The position numbers and the translations under genes were made by a program. 64,000 bases of DNA from the human T2T-CHM13v2.0 reference genome, Homo sapiens, in NCBI RefSeq assembly GCF_009914755.1, contig NC_060926.1, one strand, 5' to 3'. Positions 43,075 to 59,122 of the stretch are shown in pieces; position 1 is the first letter of the stretch, and each line of letters opens with the position of its first letter. Under the pieces are notes generated by a model that was given only the letters and a program-made list of their open reading frames with translations, had not been told where the DNA came from and did not search any database.

Positions 43075-46000
43075 TTTTTAAAAATTTCAACTTTTATTAT
43101 AGTTTAAAGTATACATGTCCAGGTTTGTTACATGGGTAAATTGCCGATGCCGAGGCTTGAGGTCCCAATGATCCCATCACCAAGGCAGTAAGCATAGTAC
43201 CCAATGGGCATTTCTTCAGCTCACACCCCCACCTCCCTCCCTTCCCCGTCTAGTGATCCCTAGTGTCTATTGTTCCCATCTATACATTCATGTGTAGTCA
43301 CTGTTTAGCTCCGACTTATAAGTGAGAACATGCAATATTTGACTTGCTAGTATTGCAATAGCTTGCCTAGGATAATGGCCTCCAGCATCATCCATATTGC
43401 TGCAAAGGACATAATTTTGTTCTTTTTTATGGCTTCCTAGTATTCCATGGTGTATTTGTACCACATTTTTTAAAAAATCAAATCCACTGTTTATGGGCAC
43501 ATAGGTTGATTCCACTTCCTTGCTATTGTGAACAGTGCTCCAATGAACATATCGTGCATGTGTCTGATAGAATGAATTGTTTTCCTGTGGGTATACACCC
43601 AGTAGTGGGATTATTAGCTCAGTTGGTACTCCTATTATAAGTTCTTTGAGAAATCTCCAAACTGATTTCCACAGTGGCTGAACTAGTTTTTATTCCCACC
43701 AACCATGTATAAGCATTCTCTTTTCTCTGCTCCCTTGACAACATCTGTAGTTTTGTGATTTTTTAATAGTCACCATTCCAATTGATGTGAGATGGTAACT
43801 CATCATGGTTTTGACTTGCATTTCTCTGATGATTAGCGATCTTAAACATTTTTGTATATGTTTGTTGGCCACTTGTGTGCCTTCTTTTGAGAAATGTCTA
43901 TTCGTGTCCTTTGCTTATTTTTCACTGGGATTTTTTGCTTTTGTTTTTGTTTTTCGCTTGTTGATTTAAGTTCCTTGTAGATTCTGGATATTAGACCTTT
44001 ATCAGAGGCACAGTTTATGAATAATTCCTCTCATTCTATATGCTGTATGTTTACTCTATTGGTAATTTGTTTTGCTCTGCAGAAGCTCTTAGTTTAACTA
44101 GGCCCCACATCAATTTTTGATTTTGTTGTAATTGCTTTTGGGGACTTAGCCATAAATTCTTTGCCAAAACCTAGGTTGAGAAGGGTATTTCCTGTTTTTT
44201 TTCTAGGATTTTTATATTCTGAGGTCAGACATTTACATCTTTAATTCATCTTTAATTAATTTTCACATATGGTGAGAGGTACGGGTCTAGTTTCATTCTT
44301 CTGCATATGGCTAGCCAATTCTTCCAGCACCATTTATTGAATAGGGAATCCTTTCTCCATTGCCTATTTTTGTTAATTTTATTGAAGATTATATGGTTGT
44401 AGACTGGGCAGTTTACAAAAGAAAGAGGTTTAATGGGACTTACAGTTCCACATGGCTGGGGAGGCCTCACAATCATGGTGAAAGGCAAGGAGGAGCAAGT
44501 TCATCTTACATGGATGGCAGCAAGCAAAGAGAGAGCTTGTACAGAGCAACTTCTATTTTAAAAACCATAAGATCTTGTGAGACCCATTCACTATCACGAG
44601 AACAGCACAGGAAAGGCCTACCCCTGTGATTCAGTCATCTCCCACCAGATCCCTCTCACAACATGTGGAAATTATGGGAGCCACAAGATAAGATTTTGTT
44701 GGGGACACAGAGCCAAACTATATCAAGTACTATGCTGTTTTAATTACTGTAGCCTTATAGTATAGTTTGAAGTCAGGCAATGTGATACCTCTAGCGTTAT
44801 TCTTTTTGGTTAGAATTGCTTTGACTATTTGGGCTTTTTGGTTCCAAATGAATTTTAGAATAGATTTTTATAATTCTGTGACAAATGATATTGGCATTTT
44901 GATAGGGATAGTATTCAATGTGTAAGTTGCCTTAGGCAGTATGGCCATTTTAACTATACAGATTCTTCCAACCCATGAGCATGGAATAATTTTCTATTTA
45001 TTTATGTTAGAGAGTCTCTGATTTTTTTGAGCAGTGTTTTGTAGTTTTCCTTGTAGAGATCTTTCACCTTCTTGGTTAGATGGATTTCTATGTTTTTCAT
45101 TTTATTTGTGGCTATTATAAATGGGATTATGTTCTTGACTTGGTTCTAAGCTAGAATATTATTGGTGTATAAAAATGCTACTCGTTTTTGCACATTGATT
45201 TTGTATCCTGAAACTTTCCTAAAGTTATTTATCAGTTCCAGGAGCTTTTCGGTGGAGTCTTCAGGGTTTCCTATGCATAGAATCATATCTTTGGCAAAGA
45301 GAGAATAGTTTTACTTCTTTTCCTGTTTGGATGTGTTTTATTTATTGCTCTTTTCTGATTTACCCTGGCTAGGACTTCCAGTACTGTGTTGAATAGAGTG
45401 GTGAGAGTGGGCATCCTGTTCTGCTTCCAGTCCTCAAGGGGAGTGGTTCCAGCTTCTGCCCATTTGGCATGATGTTGACTGCAGGTTTGTCCTAGATGGG
45501 TCTTATTATTTTGAAGTATGTTCCTGCAATGCTTAATCTGTTGAGGATTTTTTTTTATCATGAAGGGATATTGGATTTTATTGAAGTCTTTCTCTGCATC
45601 TATTGAGATGAGCATATGGTTTTTGTTTCTGATTCTGTTTGTGTGGTGAATCATATTTATTGATTTGCATATGTTGATCCAACATTGCATCCCAGAAATA
45701 AAATCTTCTTGATCATCTTAAATTAATTTTTTGAGGTGCTGCTGGATTTGGATTGTTAGTATTTTGTAGCGGTTCTTTGTGTCTATGATCATCAGGGATA
45801 TTGGCATGAAATTTACTTTTTTCATTGTGTCTCTGCCAGATTTTGGTATCAGGATGAGGCTGACTTTTTAGAATGAGTTAGGGAGAAACTCCTCCTCCTT
45901 GAATTTTTGGAAAAGTTTCAGCAGGAATGATGTCAGTTCTTCTTTGTGCATATGATAGAATCTACCTATGAGTCCATCTGGTCCAGGTCTCTTTTTTGGT

Positions 46001-46435
46001 TGGTTGTTTTTTTAATTATTGATTCTATTTCCAAACTTCTTATTGGTCTATTCAGGTTTTCACTTTCTTCCTGATTGAATCTTTGGAGGCTGTGTGTTTT
46101 CAGGAATTTATCAATTTTGTCTAGATTTTCCAACTTTTACACAGAGGTGCTCAGAATAGTCTCTGAGGATCTTTTGTATTTCTGTGGGAGCGGTTGTAAG
46201 GTCATGTTTGTCATTTCTGATTGCGTTTATTTGAATCTTCTCTTTTTATCCCCTTTGTTCATCTAGCTAATGATCTATCAATTTATTTATTCTTTTGAAG
46301 AACTAACTTTGTTTCATTGATCTTTTGTATGAACTTTTGGGTCTCAATTTCATTGAGTCCTTCTCAGATTTTATTTATTTATGTATTTAATTCTGCCAGC
46401 TGTGTGGTTGGATTGATCTTTTTCTAGTTCCTCTC
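43075..46435 (-). mobile_element. Older primate L1 (L1PA13-16-like), 5'-truncated, ORF2 disrupted
   Basis: ORF remnants [33 protein letters not shown] (RT), [29 protein letters not shown] and MANKHIQKCLRSLIIREMQVKT. 3' UTR with atgatcccatcacc..gtaagcatagtacccaat. Confidence 0.93.
44401..44725 (-). mobile_element. THE1 LTR nested in L1, missing one end
   Basis: agactgggcagtttacaaaagaaagaggtttaat...ggggacacagagccaaactatatca. Confidence 0.92.
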
Positions 46436-46739
46436 ATTGCATCCCTTACTCTTCTCAAAACTTAGAACCAATTAATAGCAGTATCTTTGAAGATAAAGTT
46501 CTTTCAGTCCTTTTTCTAAAATCTTATTGGAAGAAGTCAATCTTTTCTTCAATATGCTGCATTTTATTAAAGAGAGTAAAAATAAAAAGACTTTTCGTTT
46601 CTTTCTTGGACGTTACATATACTTGAATTGCATGATAAGGTATCAGATACAAGGTTGAGGGGCCAAGAGGTATTTCAACTGAAATACTAACTTATGAAAT
46701 GCATTGCCCATGAAGCAGTGAGAATGGATGTAAATGTGC

Positions 46740-46910
46740 AGACATATGGAATTTCTGGGTTTAACCCTGGCTCAATTATCCCCTTGCTGAGTTTCATGGA
46801 CAAATTATTTAACCTTTCTGACTCAGGTGCCTTATCTGAAAAATAGAGGTAATTAAGATGAGCTGTAATTAGAGTCCTAAAGAATAGAGGATAATGGTAA
46901 TTTATGATAA
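46740..46910 (+). mobile_element. MIR
   Basis: ctgggtttaaccctggctc...acaaattatttaacctttctgactcag...atctgaaaaatagagg. Confidence 0.7.
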
Positions 46911-47430
46911 AGTAGATTGATGACATCATTGGTTTTCTTATCATTGTTCAATCCTCAAAGGACAATGAATACATTATTTTATTCTTATCCCAGCTAAGAA
47001 AGAGAGATTAAGTATATTGTATAAGAAACTTGGCAAGTGTTGTTCAGGGGAAAATGTAGCTTAATAAGTATGGACACAATAACAATTGCTTTTGGAATCA
47101 TGTTCTCACTTTTGAGGAATGCCTTATAAAAGCAAGTACTTTGAGAAAAAAAAGGTAGAAAAGAAAATATTAATAACACTGTATAATTTGAAGTCATGGT
47201 CCTAGAACAAAATTAAAACTAACCACTGAGATGTTTTGCATTAATTATATATGGTGCAGAGAGCATCTTGGTATTTGCAACAATATTACCTACAATGTTC
47301 ATTAATGCACATGATAGTTATATTTAATTGAAGTAATTCTATTCACCACCCAACAGAATTTCAAACAACATTTAAATATTGCAAACATGTTGGTAATACA
47401 TTCTCATTTTAAGAGTGGAGCTTCTAATTG

Positions 47431-47730
<300 letters not shown>

Positions 47731-49419
47731 TGATTTAATTTTTTAATCTATTTTATTTTTGACTTTTATCTTTATTCTAATTTGAAATAATGTATTTGCA
47801 TGTAGAAAGATGACAACCCTTAGAATCAATCAGCACTGGCCTAAAACTTTCTGCCCTTTACCACCCAGCTCTTGAGAGTTTCAGTTTCCTCACTTGTAAT
47901 ATATAGTCATAAATATTTTGGTAGATACTGTTACATGAACATATAAGATTAGATGAGATAATCTATGAGATAGATAGCACCGGGTTTAACATACTATGAC
48001 TGTTCAGTTTCCCTCTTCACACTTTCCCTTGTTGCATATTTCTTGCACACAATCAATGAGAGCTTGGATTCTTCAGTTTAGCTACTCACTTGCTCCAAGG
48101 CATCAAGTCAAAACGTCAGCAGAAGTCATTAAATGTTTTTAAGAAAATTGCACAAAGAAGTCTCTCCCTTGCTAAGCAAGGATATCTCTGGCAGAATGTA
48201 ATGTGTTTCTTAAGTTTAGAAGTATAGGAAAAGCTCTCAGTTTTCTTATAAGAGGATACCAATAAAGCCTAAGAGTATGTAGTTGATTCTGCTTACACAT
48301 AGAAAGGGGTTGCAATCTTATAGAGTAGATTCTGTCCAATTATGAATGCCAAGTATGGCACTGCTCCCTGCATTATTCTACAGGCAATAATTTGCATTTT
48401 TCTAGAGTTCTAGTGTTCAGTTTTCTCAAGAAATTCTTTTTTAAAATAATTAAGGAATGTTCTGATAAGAAAACCTTGTAAAGATAGTCATTGCAACTTA
48501 TATAACTTTATTATAAGGATATGATATATTTCATTGAACATATAAGATCAAATTCAATACAGACAAGTAGTTTCATTTTTTATAGTAGAAAGATGAGGTA
48601 GTCCATAACTTCCCCAGTGTCCCCTCTAATGCAATTAGATTCCCTGCAAATGAGAAATTGATTACTGGCTGTCAAAAGATGAGGATTTGTTTAATAATTC
48701 TGAACCTATGCATTCAGAAAAAAACAAAGCATATATAAAGAGTTTCTCTCATCACTTACGTTGCAGGGCAGTTCCATAATTAGATATTTATCCATCCATA
48801 AAAGTCTTTTTAAAGGTATGATGTATACTATTGGAAATTATTATTCTAAACCATTTCACCCCAGATCTGGCTATAGCTATATAAAAAAATTAAATAGACT
48901 ACAAGTAGTCCAATAGCAATATATTTCCTCACACTCTGTGTGTGGCATTTTACATTTGTGATTGTGCATTAGGAAAGTAACACAGCTATTGCAACAAATA
49001 TAACCCAAAAATTTACTGCTTTTTTCCTTAAAAAATGTTTCTTAATCACATAAAGTGCAACAGTTTTCCTGGTTGATGGATGTTCCAGGTTGTTGGACAG
49101 AGCTGGGCTCCTCCCAACTTGTGGCTCTGCCATTCCTGAGAAACTCTGTTCTACTGAATCTGCTGTTTCAGGCTCATAGCTGAGAGGTAGGGGACAGAAA
49201 GAAGATCACATATGAAAAATTTTTATCTGTCTATCCTAAGAGAGACATAAAGTCAGAATTCAGTTATAAGGCCATATGCAATTGCAAGAGAGAAGGTCCT
49301 CAATAAATAATTATTGCAGACATAAATGCATAAATCCTGACAACAGCAATGGGCCAAAAGCAGATGGAGTGATCACTGATGTGTCTAATATCTTAGGGCT
49401 TGTGGATGGGTTATTACAT

Positions 49420-49920
49420 TCAGAGAGAAGCAGTGGAGCTTTACGGATTCTGGAATTCGATCTGGCTATTCCATTCACTGGCATTATCTCTTTGGACAAG
49501 TGATGTAACTCTATCAAGCCTCAGTTATTCAATCTGTGGAAGAATAAGAAAAAGAAAATGAGCACTTTTGGTCACATGCTATTTTCCAGGAATGGTGGTA
49601 GATACATAATATAAAATACCCATAATCTCACTGCATTTATGCACAACCTCAATTGCAGAGCCACATTCTACAAGACTTAAAAGTGGTGGTTTTGGAGTTA
49701 GTTCACTTGAGTTCAGATTCCAGTTCTATCCACTTATTTGCTCAGTCCCTTTGGGCATGTTTCTTATTCACAGAGCCTCAGTTCTTCATCTATAAAGTGA
49801 GCATCATAATGTCAACCTTATAAGGCTGGTGTGAGTATGAGGAGTAAATAGGTTAGCATATATAAGACATTTGGAAGACCCCCGGCAGATTGCTTGTGCT
49901 CACTATATGTTAGCCATTGT
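49420..49920 (+). mobile_element. Two MIR copies (about 49420-49540 and 49680-49920)
   Basis: ttggacaagtgatgtaactctatcaagcctcagtt; ttgggcatgtttc...gagcctcagttcttcatctataaagtg. Confidence 0.7.
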
Positions 49921-52444
49921 TTGTATTGTTTTTAGCATTTCAATTATTATTACTACAGAGAAATACTATCTAGTCCTTATTGTACTTTGACACTTATTGA
50001 AAGAGCCAAACCATCCAATCATTGTGAGCATGATCTTGAGCTTGAACATGCCTTCTGTAGCCAACTGAGAAAAGCATTTACATTGGTATCATTAGAGAAA
50101 GTTCATCATATACTGGTCTTGAAGAAGATATTCCAAGAAAAATAAGAATTGTTACAAAATATAGGGTCTTTATTATCTCCCACTATGGTCAAAGCATAGC
50201 TGTGACACATTATAAGGTCTTTAGTGAATTATTTTACCACAGTGTAGCCAATGCATTTAGAATTCTCTTTATTTCAGTAAGTGTGAAAAGCCATGAGTAA
50301 AAGCTGTTAAAATGAGGAAGAAGATATGAAAGTAGGAGAGTGTTATAATTTTTTGGCCACTTCAACTCCAATTGAACACTTCCAGTAGCTACAAACTATT
50401 AGAAAACACTCATAGCCTCCTGCTTCTCCATTGTCTTGATTTTAATTTTTTCCCTTACTTGTATTTTATTTCTGAGTGGCTAATGGATCTTAGTCTAAGA
50501 ACTGGAGGTGGAGGAGGAAAGGAGACTTGTCATTACGGTTTTTATGAAAGCATGGCTTTGTGAAGTTGTGTTGTCATTTCTTCAGGCTCTTAGAAACTGG
50601 GTACAAACAGCTATCAAAAGAATTCCTCATATTTTCAAAAGTAGCAGGCATGCTTCATCTTTGGAATGAGACCTAGGAGTCTTGAATAAGAAAAAAATCA
50701 TCTTTCAATTTGAATCAGAAATAGGATGGGTGCCATAAGCTGAGAGAGCCCAGAGTTCTTATGAGAGAATTGTAGGCAATGAGATCATAAAGGCAGATGT
50801 AGCTCTAAGTTCCATATGTTTCCATTACAGATGAAGTTATGTAGACTTAATACTCTTGACAATGGAAGCCATTGACATTTCTAGGCAGATAAATGACATG
50901 AGGAAAGCAGTTTCACTAGGAAGAAAACTAGGGTAGTAATAGTCATTTCCCCCCCCCATTCTGTTCTTCCTACTACTCTTCCCAGTATTATTCCTCTGTT
51001 GACTCTTTGCATTCTTTGGAGCATACAACTGAAAGATATCATGGTGGCAAATGCTATCGTGGCTTGTGAACTGGGATGATATCATATGGAAGAGGCGTAG
51101 GGACAAGCCTGAAATAATTTTCAGCAAAAACTTTTTGGTGGCACTTTACTATTCTATTTCTGAGCCTAAGCTGGTCCCTATCTATAGATGAGAATAATGC
51201 CATGACCCACAGGCAATATCCCTTGAAAGCTTGGTGCTGAGAGAGCCTGAGAGGGGAGAGCCATTTTCTGGGTAATAACTTCGATCACCTTCAGGCTTAC
51301 AGTGTGTGTTTGTCACAACTATAGAAGCCTCGTGAGTATTGATTTAGAGAAGATATTTTTAAGCTAGCTGGCATCCTCAATGCTAAAAACCTTAATCAGC
51401 ATTTAATAAAAAATTCTTTCCAGTTATTTTGACTTGAGCAAATGACATCATATTATCTTAATGAGAAGTAAGTTAACAGCAAATTTTGGAAATTACATTT
51501 TGAGACTTTTAGTTGAGACACCAATGGAATCCCTGGGTAGGTTCCTTCTACATACATGTCTCTTTTAGACAACAGGTAGATAGATGGGCCATGCCACCTC
51601 ATTTTTAGGTGCTCCAAAGGGAAAGGTGTCTTTTTTGGCAATGGGTAAACAGCATGAGAAGCAGGAGAGAAGCCATAAAAGAGAGCAAGATGGAAAATAT
51701 AAAAGCAGCAAGGAAGGGGGCTATCTTTTGAACTCTTGGCTTGGTAGGTCACGAACTGGAAGTAAACGGCTTGCTCCTATGCTGATTTTGGGTTTCTCAT
51801 AAGGGACGTTCATTTTTTTTTCTGCCTTTTCATACTGACCTCATACATATTTGGACAAATTTGGTTAAAAGGCAAAATGATCAATCTCTTTTGAGGAAGT
51901 CCAATTATGAGAGAAGTCTAGTCAATTTATGGGCAAAATTACAAGTGTTATTTTGATTACTTGGGGAGTAAGTGTTGGTTTGGATTTTGGAGGAAAAGGG
52001 TCAGGCTTTAGGTCAATGTGACTCAGACTTGGAGTCACAGATTAAAAGGAGATTTTATTTAGATGGTCTGGTCAGAGAGACACAAACTCCAATACCTGTG
52101 GCTGCTGCCGAGGAGAGAATGGAAATCAGTACTTCCTCATTTTGATAGAATCAAGTATGGCAAATATTTTTTTCTGCTCTATGAAAAGTTTTATTACCAG
52201 TGAGATGAAAAATGGCAACCGGCACTTTGCTTCTGTGTGGAGATCACAATTGGGATTAGGTTGAACTGGAAAGGCAAGCCCACTTGAAAAGGGCAGAGAA
52301 ATCTCTGCTGCAGTTCATTGTTGCTATGTTTCTTTCTCTCTCTCTTTTTTTTTTTTTTTAGAGAAGCCAAAATTCAGGCTCTGTCAGCCTTACCTTTTCT
52401 CCCCACCCCCAGCTCTCACCTTTCTCTTCTCTCTTACTATGTAA

Positions 52445-52867
<423 letters not shown>

Positions 52868-55029
52868 TGAGGCCAAGATAAGTGACATGACTTGCCCAGA
52901 GCTAGCAAAATAACTGGCTCCAGAACAGAATTATTGGAATTGCCAGCATGTTTCTCCTTTTATAATGTACTTAGGCTCATTTTGGGAAATGCATTCTAGT
53001 GAAGAAAAAACATATTTTACAGGTACTTCCCCAGTTCAATTCAAAGTTATAAAACTAAAAATGTTTTTTAGCTGTTTAAACAATTATAATTTAAGTCTGT
53101 TCTTGAGTATTAGTATGTTTTCCTTGCCTATGAGCTTCCTTTTCTTTTGCTGGATAAACCACATGTTTACTGAGAAGTGGCTCTCCCTCATTTATCTGTG
53201 GTCAAGCCCATATATACTATTAAAAACCAATATTTTATAATGAAATTAAACTTGAAATTGTATTAATGCTAATATAAATGATTAAGATAATATACTTAGT
53301 GAAAGATATCAATACCTTTTTTATAATTGAATTTTATCTTGTAATACTGCTTGTTCCTTCAGGGAATATCTCTTTAGAAGGCCTTCTATTTACAGAATTC
53401 TTGCTCATTTAAAAACACATAAATTAACTCAGGAATCTGCTCAGAGGATTTTTTCTTTATAACAAACAATTAGCTTAATCAATTAATAGCTGCAACTGTA
53501 GTTGTAGTCATTACTAGGTTGAATTACTGAGAAATAAGTTCTGTCTTCTTTATTGGAAAATAATATGTCACATTTTTTTCTATAGTCATTTTTAATCTCC
53601 AAGGCCAAATACTTTATAATCATAAAATAGTCAAAAGTCAAATCAAGAATCATATATTGCTTTTTAAAGATTATACCATGGTTCTGTATGTGGACACAAA
53701 CATAGTTTTTAAAATATATTTTAGTGTGAATCAATTTTCTTCTGAAAAGCCTCTTACGATGTGATATATAAGTATGTTGCATCACATGTCACTTATGCTT
53801 ATTTTAGATATTCTTCACAACTTTATACAAATTTCAATGGAACAAAACTTTTAGCCAATTTCAGACACACAAGAATTAAGTTACAAATCAAGTCTTTTTC
53901 ATGCAATATTATGATTTTTTTCTGTCATTTTATTTTCTTGTAGTTTTACCCGTAATAATTTACTTATTACACCTGTATGTATGCTCTGTATACATGCATA
54001 AAGAAGAAATACCATGTCACTCACACCTCGATAGATGGTGTGCTGTTGGATGGGTAGGTTTTCATTGTATGTCTGGTTATAGTCTTTCAGCAGAGAACAT
54101 GTGCTAAATCATATACATTTCCAATTTGCTCTTTGCATTTGCTCCTAAGAGATACAAAGTTAACATTCTATTCTGATTTTGTATTAGTTGTCATCTTGTA
54201 ATATGCAAATGTGATGTATTTTCTAGATTTTGAAATTTCATTCTCTAAAATTTCGCTGCAGCAAGAGTTTGTAAAATGATGGTTTCATGCAATTAGCATC
54301 TTATTTCATGGAGGGAAGAAAACCATTCCTGGCCTTTTTCACGGGTGAAGACTTTCTCCCTGGCTTTTTCTCCTAATGCAATTCAGTGTATCAGCTAACA
54401 CTTTCATGTAACTCAAGAGACACTAACATACTTGTGAATATACTTACAGAAGCATAAATATGTATGTAAGGATTACTGTACTATATTTGTCTGCTACCAT
54501 GAAACTGAGGAAAACAGGGTTTACTGAAATGATCTGCAGTGTGGCTGATGAAATAAAATTTTAAAAATTTACCTTTAGAGGGACTTCTTTTGATGCTGTA
54601 CCCATAGTGGGCAATGTATTTTCAGTACACAAGTATATGGAGGTTCTACCAGTGAGTAAGCTATTTGGAGGTGAGATAAGATGGAGCAGACATAGTGATT
54701 ACACAGTGCCTTGCCCACTGTGTGGAAACACTGTGGTTATTGTGCCTAGGATCTTGATAATAATGAAGACGAAGACAATGGTAGTGATGACAACAATGAC
54801 AAATAGAAAGGTCAAATTTTCATTTATCCATCAAAGTTTTGATTAACAGTTTATAAGTCCTCTTATCTTCCAGCAGCAAACTTAACAGCCTTTGTTTGAT
54901 CAAGTGCACTTCCCATGTCATGGGCTATATGAAGGGAAGTAATTGTGCTTGTGTGTATGTGTTTCTAATAAGAACTACTTTACTCATAATTAGCTGTGAA
55001 GCAATCTGCTATAATACTGAGTGCAGTTT

Positions 55030-55260
55030 TTATTTAGCATGTGATATATTTAGTCTTGAATTGCAATTCTAATTCTGTCTTCTATTAGGCATGTGATGCT
55101 ATACGTGTAACTTAATCTCTTCAAGCTTCATTTTATTATCTGAAATATATCAATAGGGCATGCTTAAGAGTTATTAAGCTTTAAGGGAATTGAGATATGT
55201 CCAGGGCTCATAGAGTGCCTGGAACATGGTTATGTGCAATAAATCATGGTTGTTGGTATT
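55030..55260 (+). mobile_element. MIR
   Basis: gtaacttaatctcttcaagcttcattttattatctg...agagtgcctggaacatgg...caataaat. Confidence 0.65.
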
Positions 55261-55834
55261 ATTACATTGTTGATACTGCTATGTTTATTTTATAGATTGT
55301 GACAATCCTTCTCTCCAAAGTCACAAGATAGAAGGTGCATATAACTTGCCAATTTATCTTAGAACTTTTATGATGTCACTGAAGAATGTTTTGGGATAAT
55401 TCCTTTAGATCAATCAAAAATCTCAATATATGGCACCTTATTAACTTTAGGCCACCACTTTTTCTTGAATGACATTATTGACACATATATTCTTTAAGAC
55501 ACTTTTGCAATTTTATTTCTTAAGTAATATGTTAACTAAGAGACCTTAAAATGATTCAGTGATTTAATCATAAATATATAATATATGCACATATGTGTAA
55601 ATATGCATAGAGATACATGGATACATTTATAAATATATGCAAAATGGATAGACTGTACTTGAAATAATTTGCTAAGACAAAAATCTGTCTGACTTCTCTC
55701 AAAATCTCAATTGATTCTTTACTTGCATGTTGTACCCAGTACGTATGGACAGAGAACGGGAAAGGTCAGATCTTGAGAGAACGTTTCTGCGCCCTCTTGA
55801 GTTAGTATAACCTCTTATCATTAACTAGAATTTG

Positions 55835-56040
55835 GGTATCTCTCAAAATGTGGTGCTCAGCCTATCATCCATCAAAATCACTAGGAAGCCTAATAAAACT
55901 ATAACTGCTTAAGACCCACCTTATCTAGAATTAAAGTCAGATTCTCTGACATTGGTGCCTAAGAATTTGCATTTTAATAAACTCCCAAGGGAGTTGCATA
56001 CTTCCTTGGTTGAATGCATACTAAGGCTTAGGGAGCATTG
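55835..56040. mobile_element. MER5-type hAT-Charlie non-autonomous element
   Basis: tctcaaaatgtggt...atcaaaatcact...tcagattctctg...gaatttgcattttaataaactccc...gagcattg. Confidence 0.7.
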
Positions 56041-56605
56041 ATTTGTGTCTCAACTTCAGCCAAAGGGCCAAGGATTGATGTCCAGAGTTTGAAAAAGAGA
56101 CGTTCTCAGTCATTGAACACCCAGGTGTGACTCACATGGCATTGAGGACTGAGTTTCAGGTTAGATGCCTCCTGGGGTTTATAAAGCCCAGGCAATATTT
56201 TTGTTAACTTTGTACAATTTGAGGTATTGTTGGATTCAGTTGAGCCAAAGTGGAATGAACTCATTCATGAAATCAAGGATTTCAAAAGCACCTTTCCTGA
56301 AAATACTCAGAAAATGTTACACTTAGTGTGATCCATTTGTTTATTCATTCATTTTTTATGAACATTTATTGCATAATTTTACTGTGTTAAAAGCTAAGAA
56401 TATGAAGATTAATAATGGAGTCCCTGTCTTTAAAGAGTTCATTGTCTACTGGGGTAGAAAAGCTTATATTTTTAGAAGTGTCCACTTTTCAGTAGATACC
56501 AAATTAGGACATTTAATCTTCTCAAGAAACCTATTTTATTATTTTCATTTTACAGGTTAAAAAAAGGAAAGGTTAGGTAACTTGTTCTGATCTCACATAT
56601 AATAA

Positions 56606-56979
<374 letters not shown>

Positions 56980-59122
56980 TGAAAATTGAACATCAAACAC
57001 ACACATACATATTTTAAAAGGGATGTGCATTCTATTAGGAGCTTGAAATAAGCTATTAATTGTCACTGTTCAGCATGGTAGTTGAAACCAGCCTTCATCC
57101 CTGAAAGTAATTTGTGACATGGGTCTTGCTTAAAGGACATCACTATAGATTGAAGCATTAGGTGTTTTCCTCATTTTACAGGCAGAGAAAATGAGCAATA
57201 GATGTTAATTTGAAATGATTTTTCTTTATAATCACGTAACTGTCTTATTCATTTATAACTTTTAAATCTTCTTGATGAGTGACTTTTATGTAATTGGTAA
57301 GGTAAGCAAGCCCAGATACATAAAAATAAATAGTATATATAACTTAAAATATCAACATGTGATGTTTGTTATTATGTACCTAGCAATTGATCAGAGACTG
57401 TACATCACAGGTGATTTTTAGATCTAGAAAAAGAAGAGCAGGAGTTAATGTGTACTCATGATTTTGCATTCAAAAGCAACTCTGAAATCAAGACATGGTT
57501 CACATTTTTTCAATATGTCTATATCTCAAAACTAAATTTAGACATGGGAAATAAATACTGCAATTCCAGTACATGCTTCAGGTGTAGACTTGCCTAATAA
57601 TTTTTCATAAAACATGTGTTCTGAGTCAACAGTGCTGATAAATGAGGGAGAATTATAAGGGGACAATTAAAGAAATACATGATCAGTAGATTAGAGTTAA
57701 AGATGGAAAAAAATACAGGAGAAGGACTATGGAAAAACCTAAAGATATGACAGAGGTGCATATTATTTCAAATAATATCAAAGTCTGAAAGTTAGGTACA
57801 TTTTATATATAATCCCTAATTGTCATGTTATTCAAGAAAGCCAGATAAGTAACTTATACAATGTCATCAAAGTGAGATTGAAAGCCTAAAATCAAATTCC
57901 GGCCAATGGAATTGAAAAGCCCCTACTATTTTGGTATTGCCCACTTAGATTACCTGTTCAAATAGCTTCATTCGGCCTTCATAAAAAGGAAGAAAATTAT
58001 AGTGCAGAGTCATGTTCCTAGCCTTGAATTTATACTTTTAAAGTGGCACAAATGGTGTCTATAATTAATTGTAAACCCACATGAATTATCTGACTGTTCC
58101 TTTTTAAACATTTAGTGTAAAATATTCTGAGGAGTAGTGTTGCCTCTATATGTTTCCAACATATCAATTATTTTATAACAGATACATGGGTCAAATATGC
58201 TCATTAAAAATATTTTTTTTCTCTGTGATGATCATTTGAAAGACTTGTGATTTGATAACTAAGGAAGCAATTTTATTACTGAATATGCTGACAAGTGCAG
58301 AAAATTATAATCCTTCCAGCTCTACGTTATATCAATTTCAAAAGATTTATTGAGGGCTATGTTGTTGTCCAAATTATGTAAAGTTGACCCATACTTTCCA
58401 AAATATAGTTGAAATAAATTCACTAAAACTAGGGGGAAAGTTCTCAAATTAAATTTATATTTTTCAGGTTAAGTCACCACAGTAACACATCACAGGCAAC
58501 TAAGTAACCTCTGCAGGGTTATTAAAAAGAGTTGACCTAATATTAAATCTCTTATCTATACAATTTAAATCAGTTTCTCTCTTTAATTCTAACATACGGC
58601 TTTTCCTTCTAATGATGGAATTATAAAATATGTAACTGACATATTTAGAATAGAGAAATTTTCTAAATAAATTTCTATAACTGATTTCAAATCTAGGTTT
58701 CATCATTTCTGGTTTATCTAATGGGCCAAACTCAATAGGAAAAATATTGTAAGCCCGTGTGAATCAATACTCTTGATTTTGTTTTATAGTTGTTTATATA
58801 GCACCAATACTAACATTATCTTTTTCTGCCTTCTATCAGACAATTCTAATAGATACTTATTTTAAGGGTCAAATGATCATTTACTTAGTTGAAAACACGT
58901 TTAGGAAAGAGTGTGATGTTAGGGTAACAGTAGTTTTTTCCAAAAACCATTTACTGAGGTGCAGGTAAGTGGAAATTTAACAAGTTTTTAGATGTTTAAT
59001 TAAAATTATTTTCCCACTTTTTACAGGTCTAGCATACTATTTATTTGAGTTTTTCAGATAGTTTATGCATCATAGCAAAGTGGTTAAATTTTATTAATTA
59101 TTTTTCATCTTACATGATAGTT

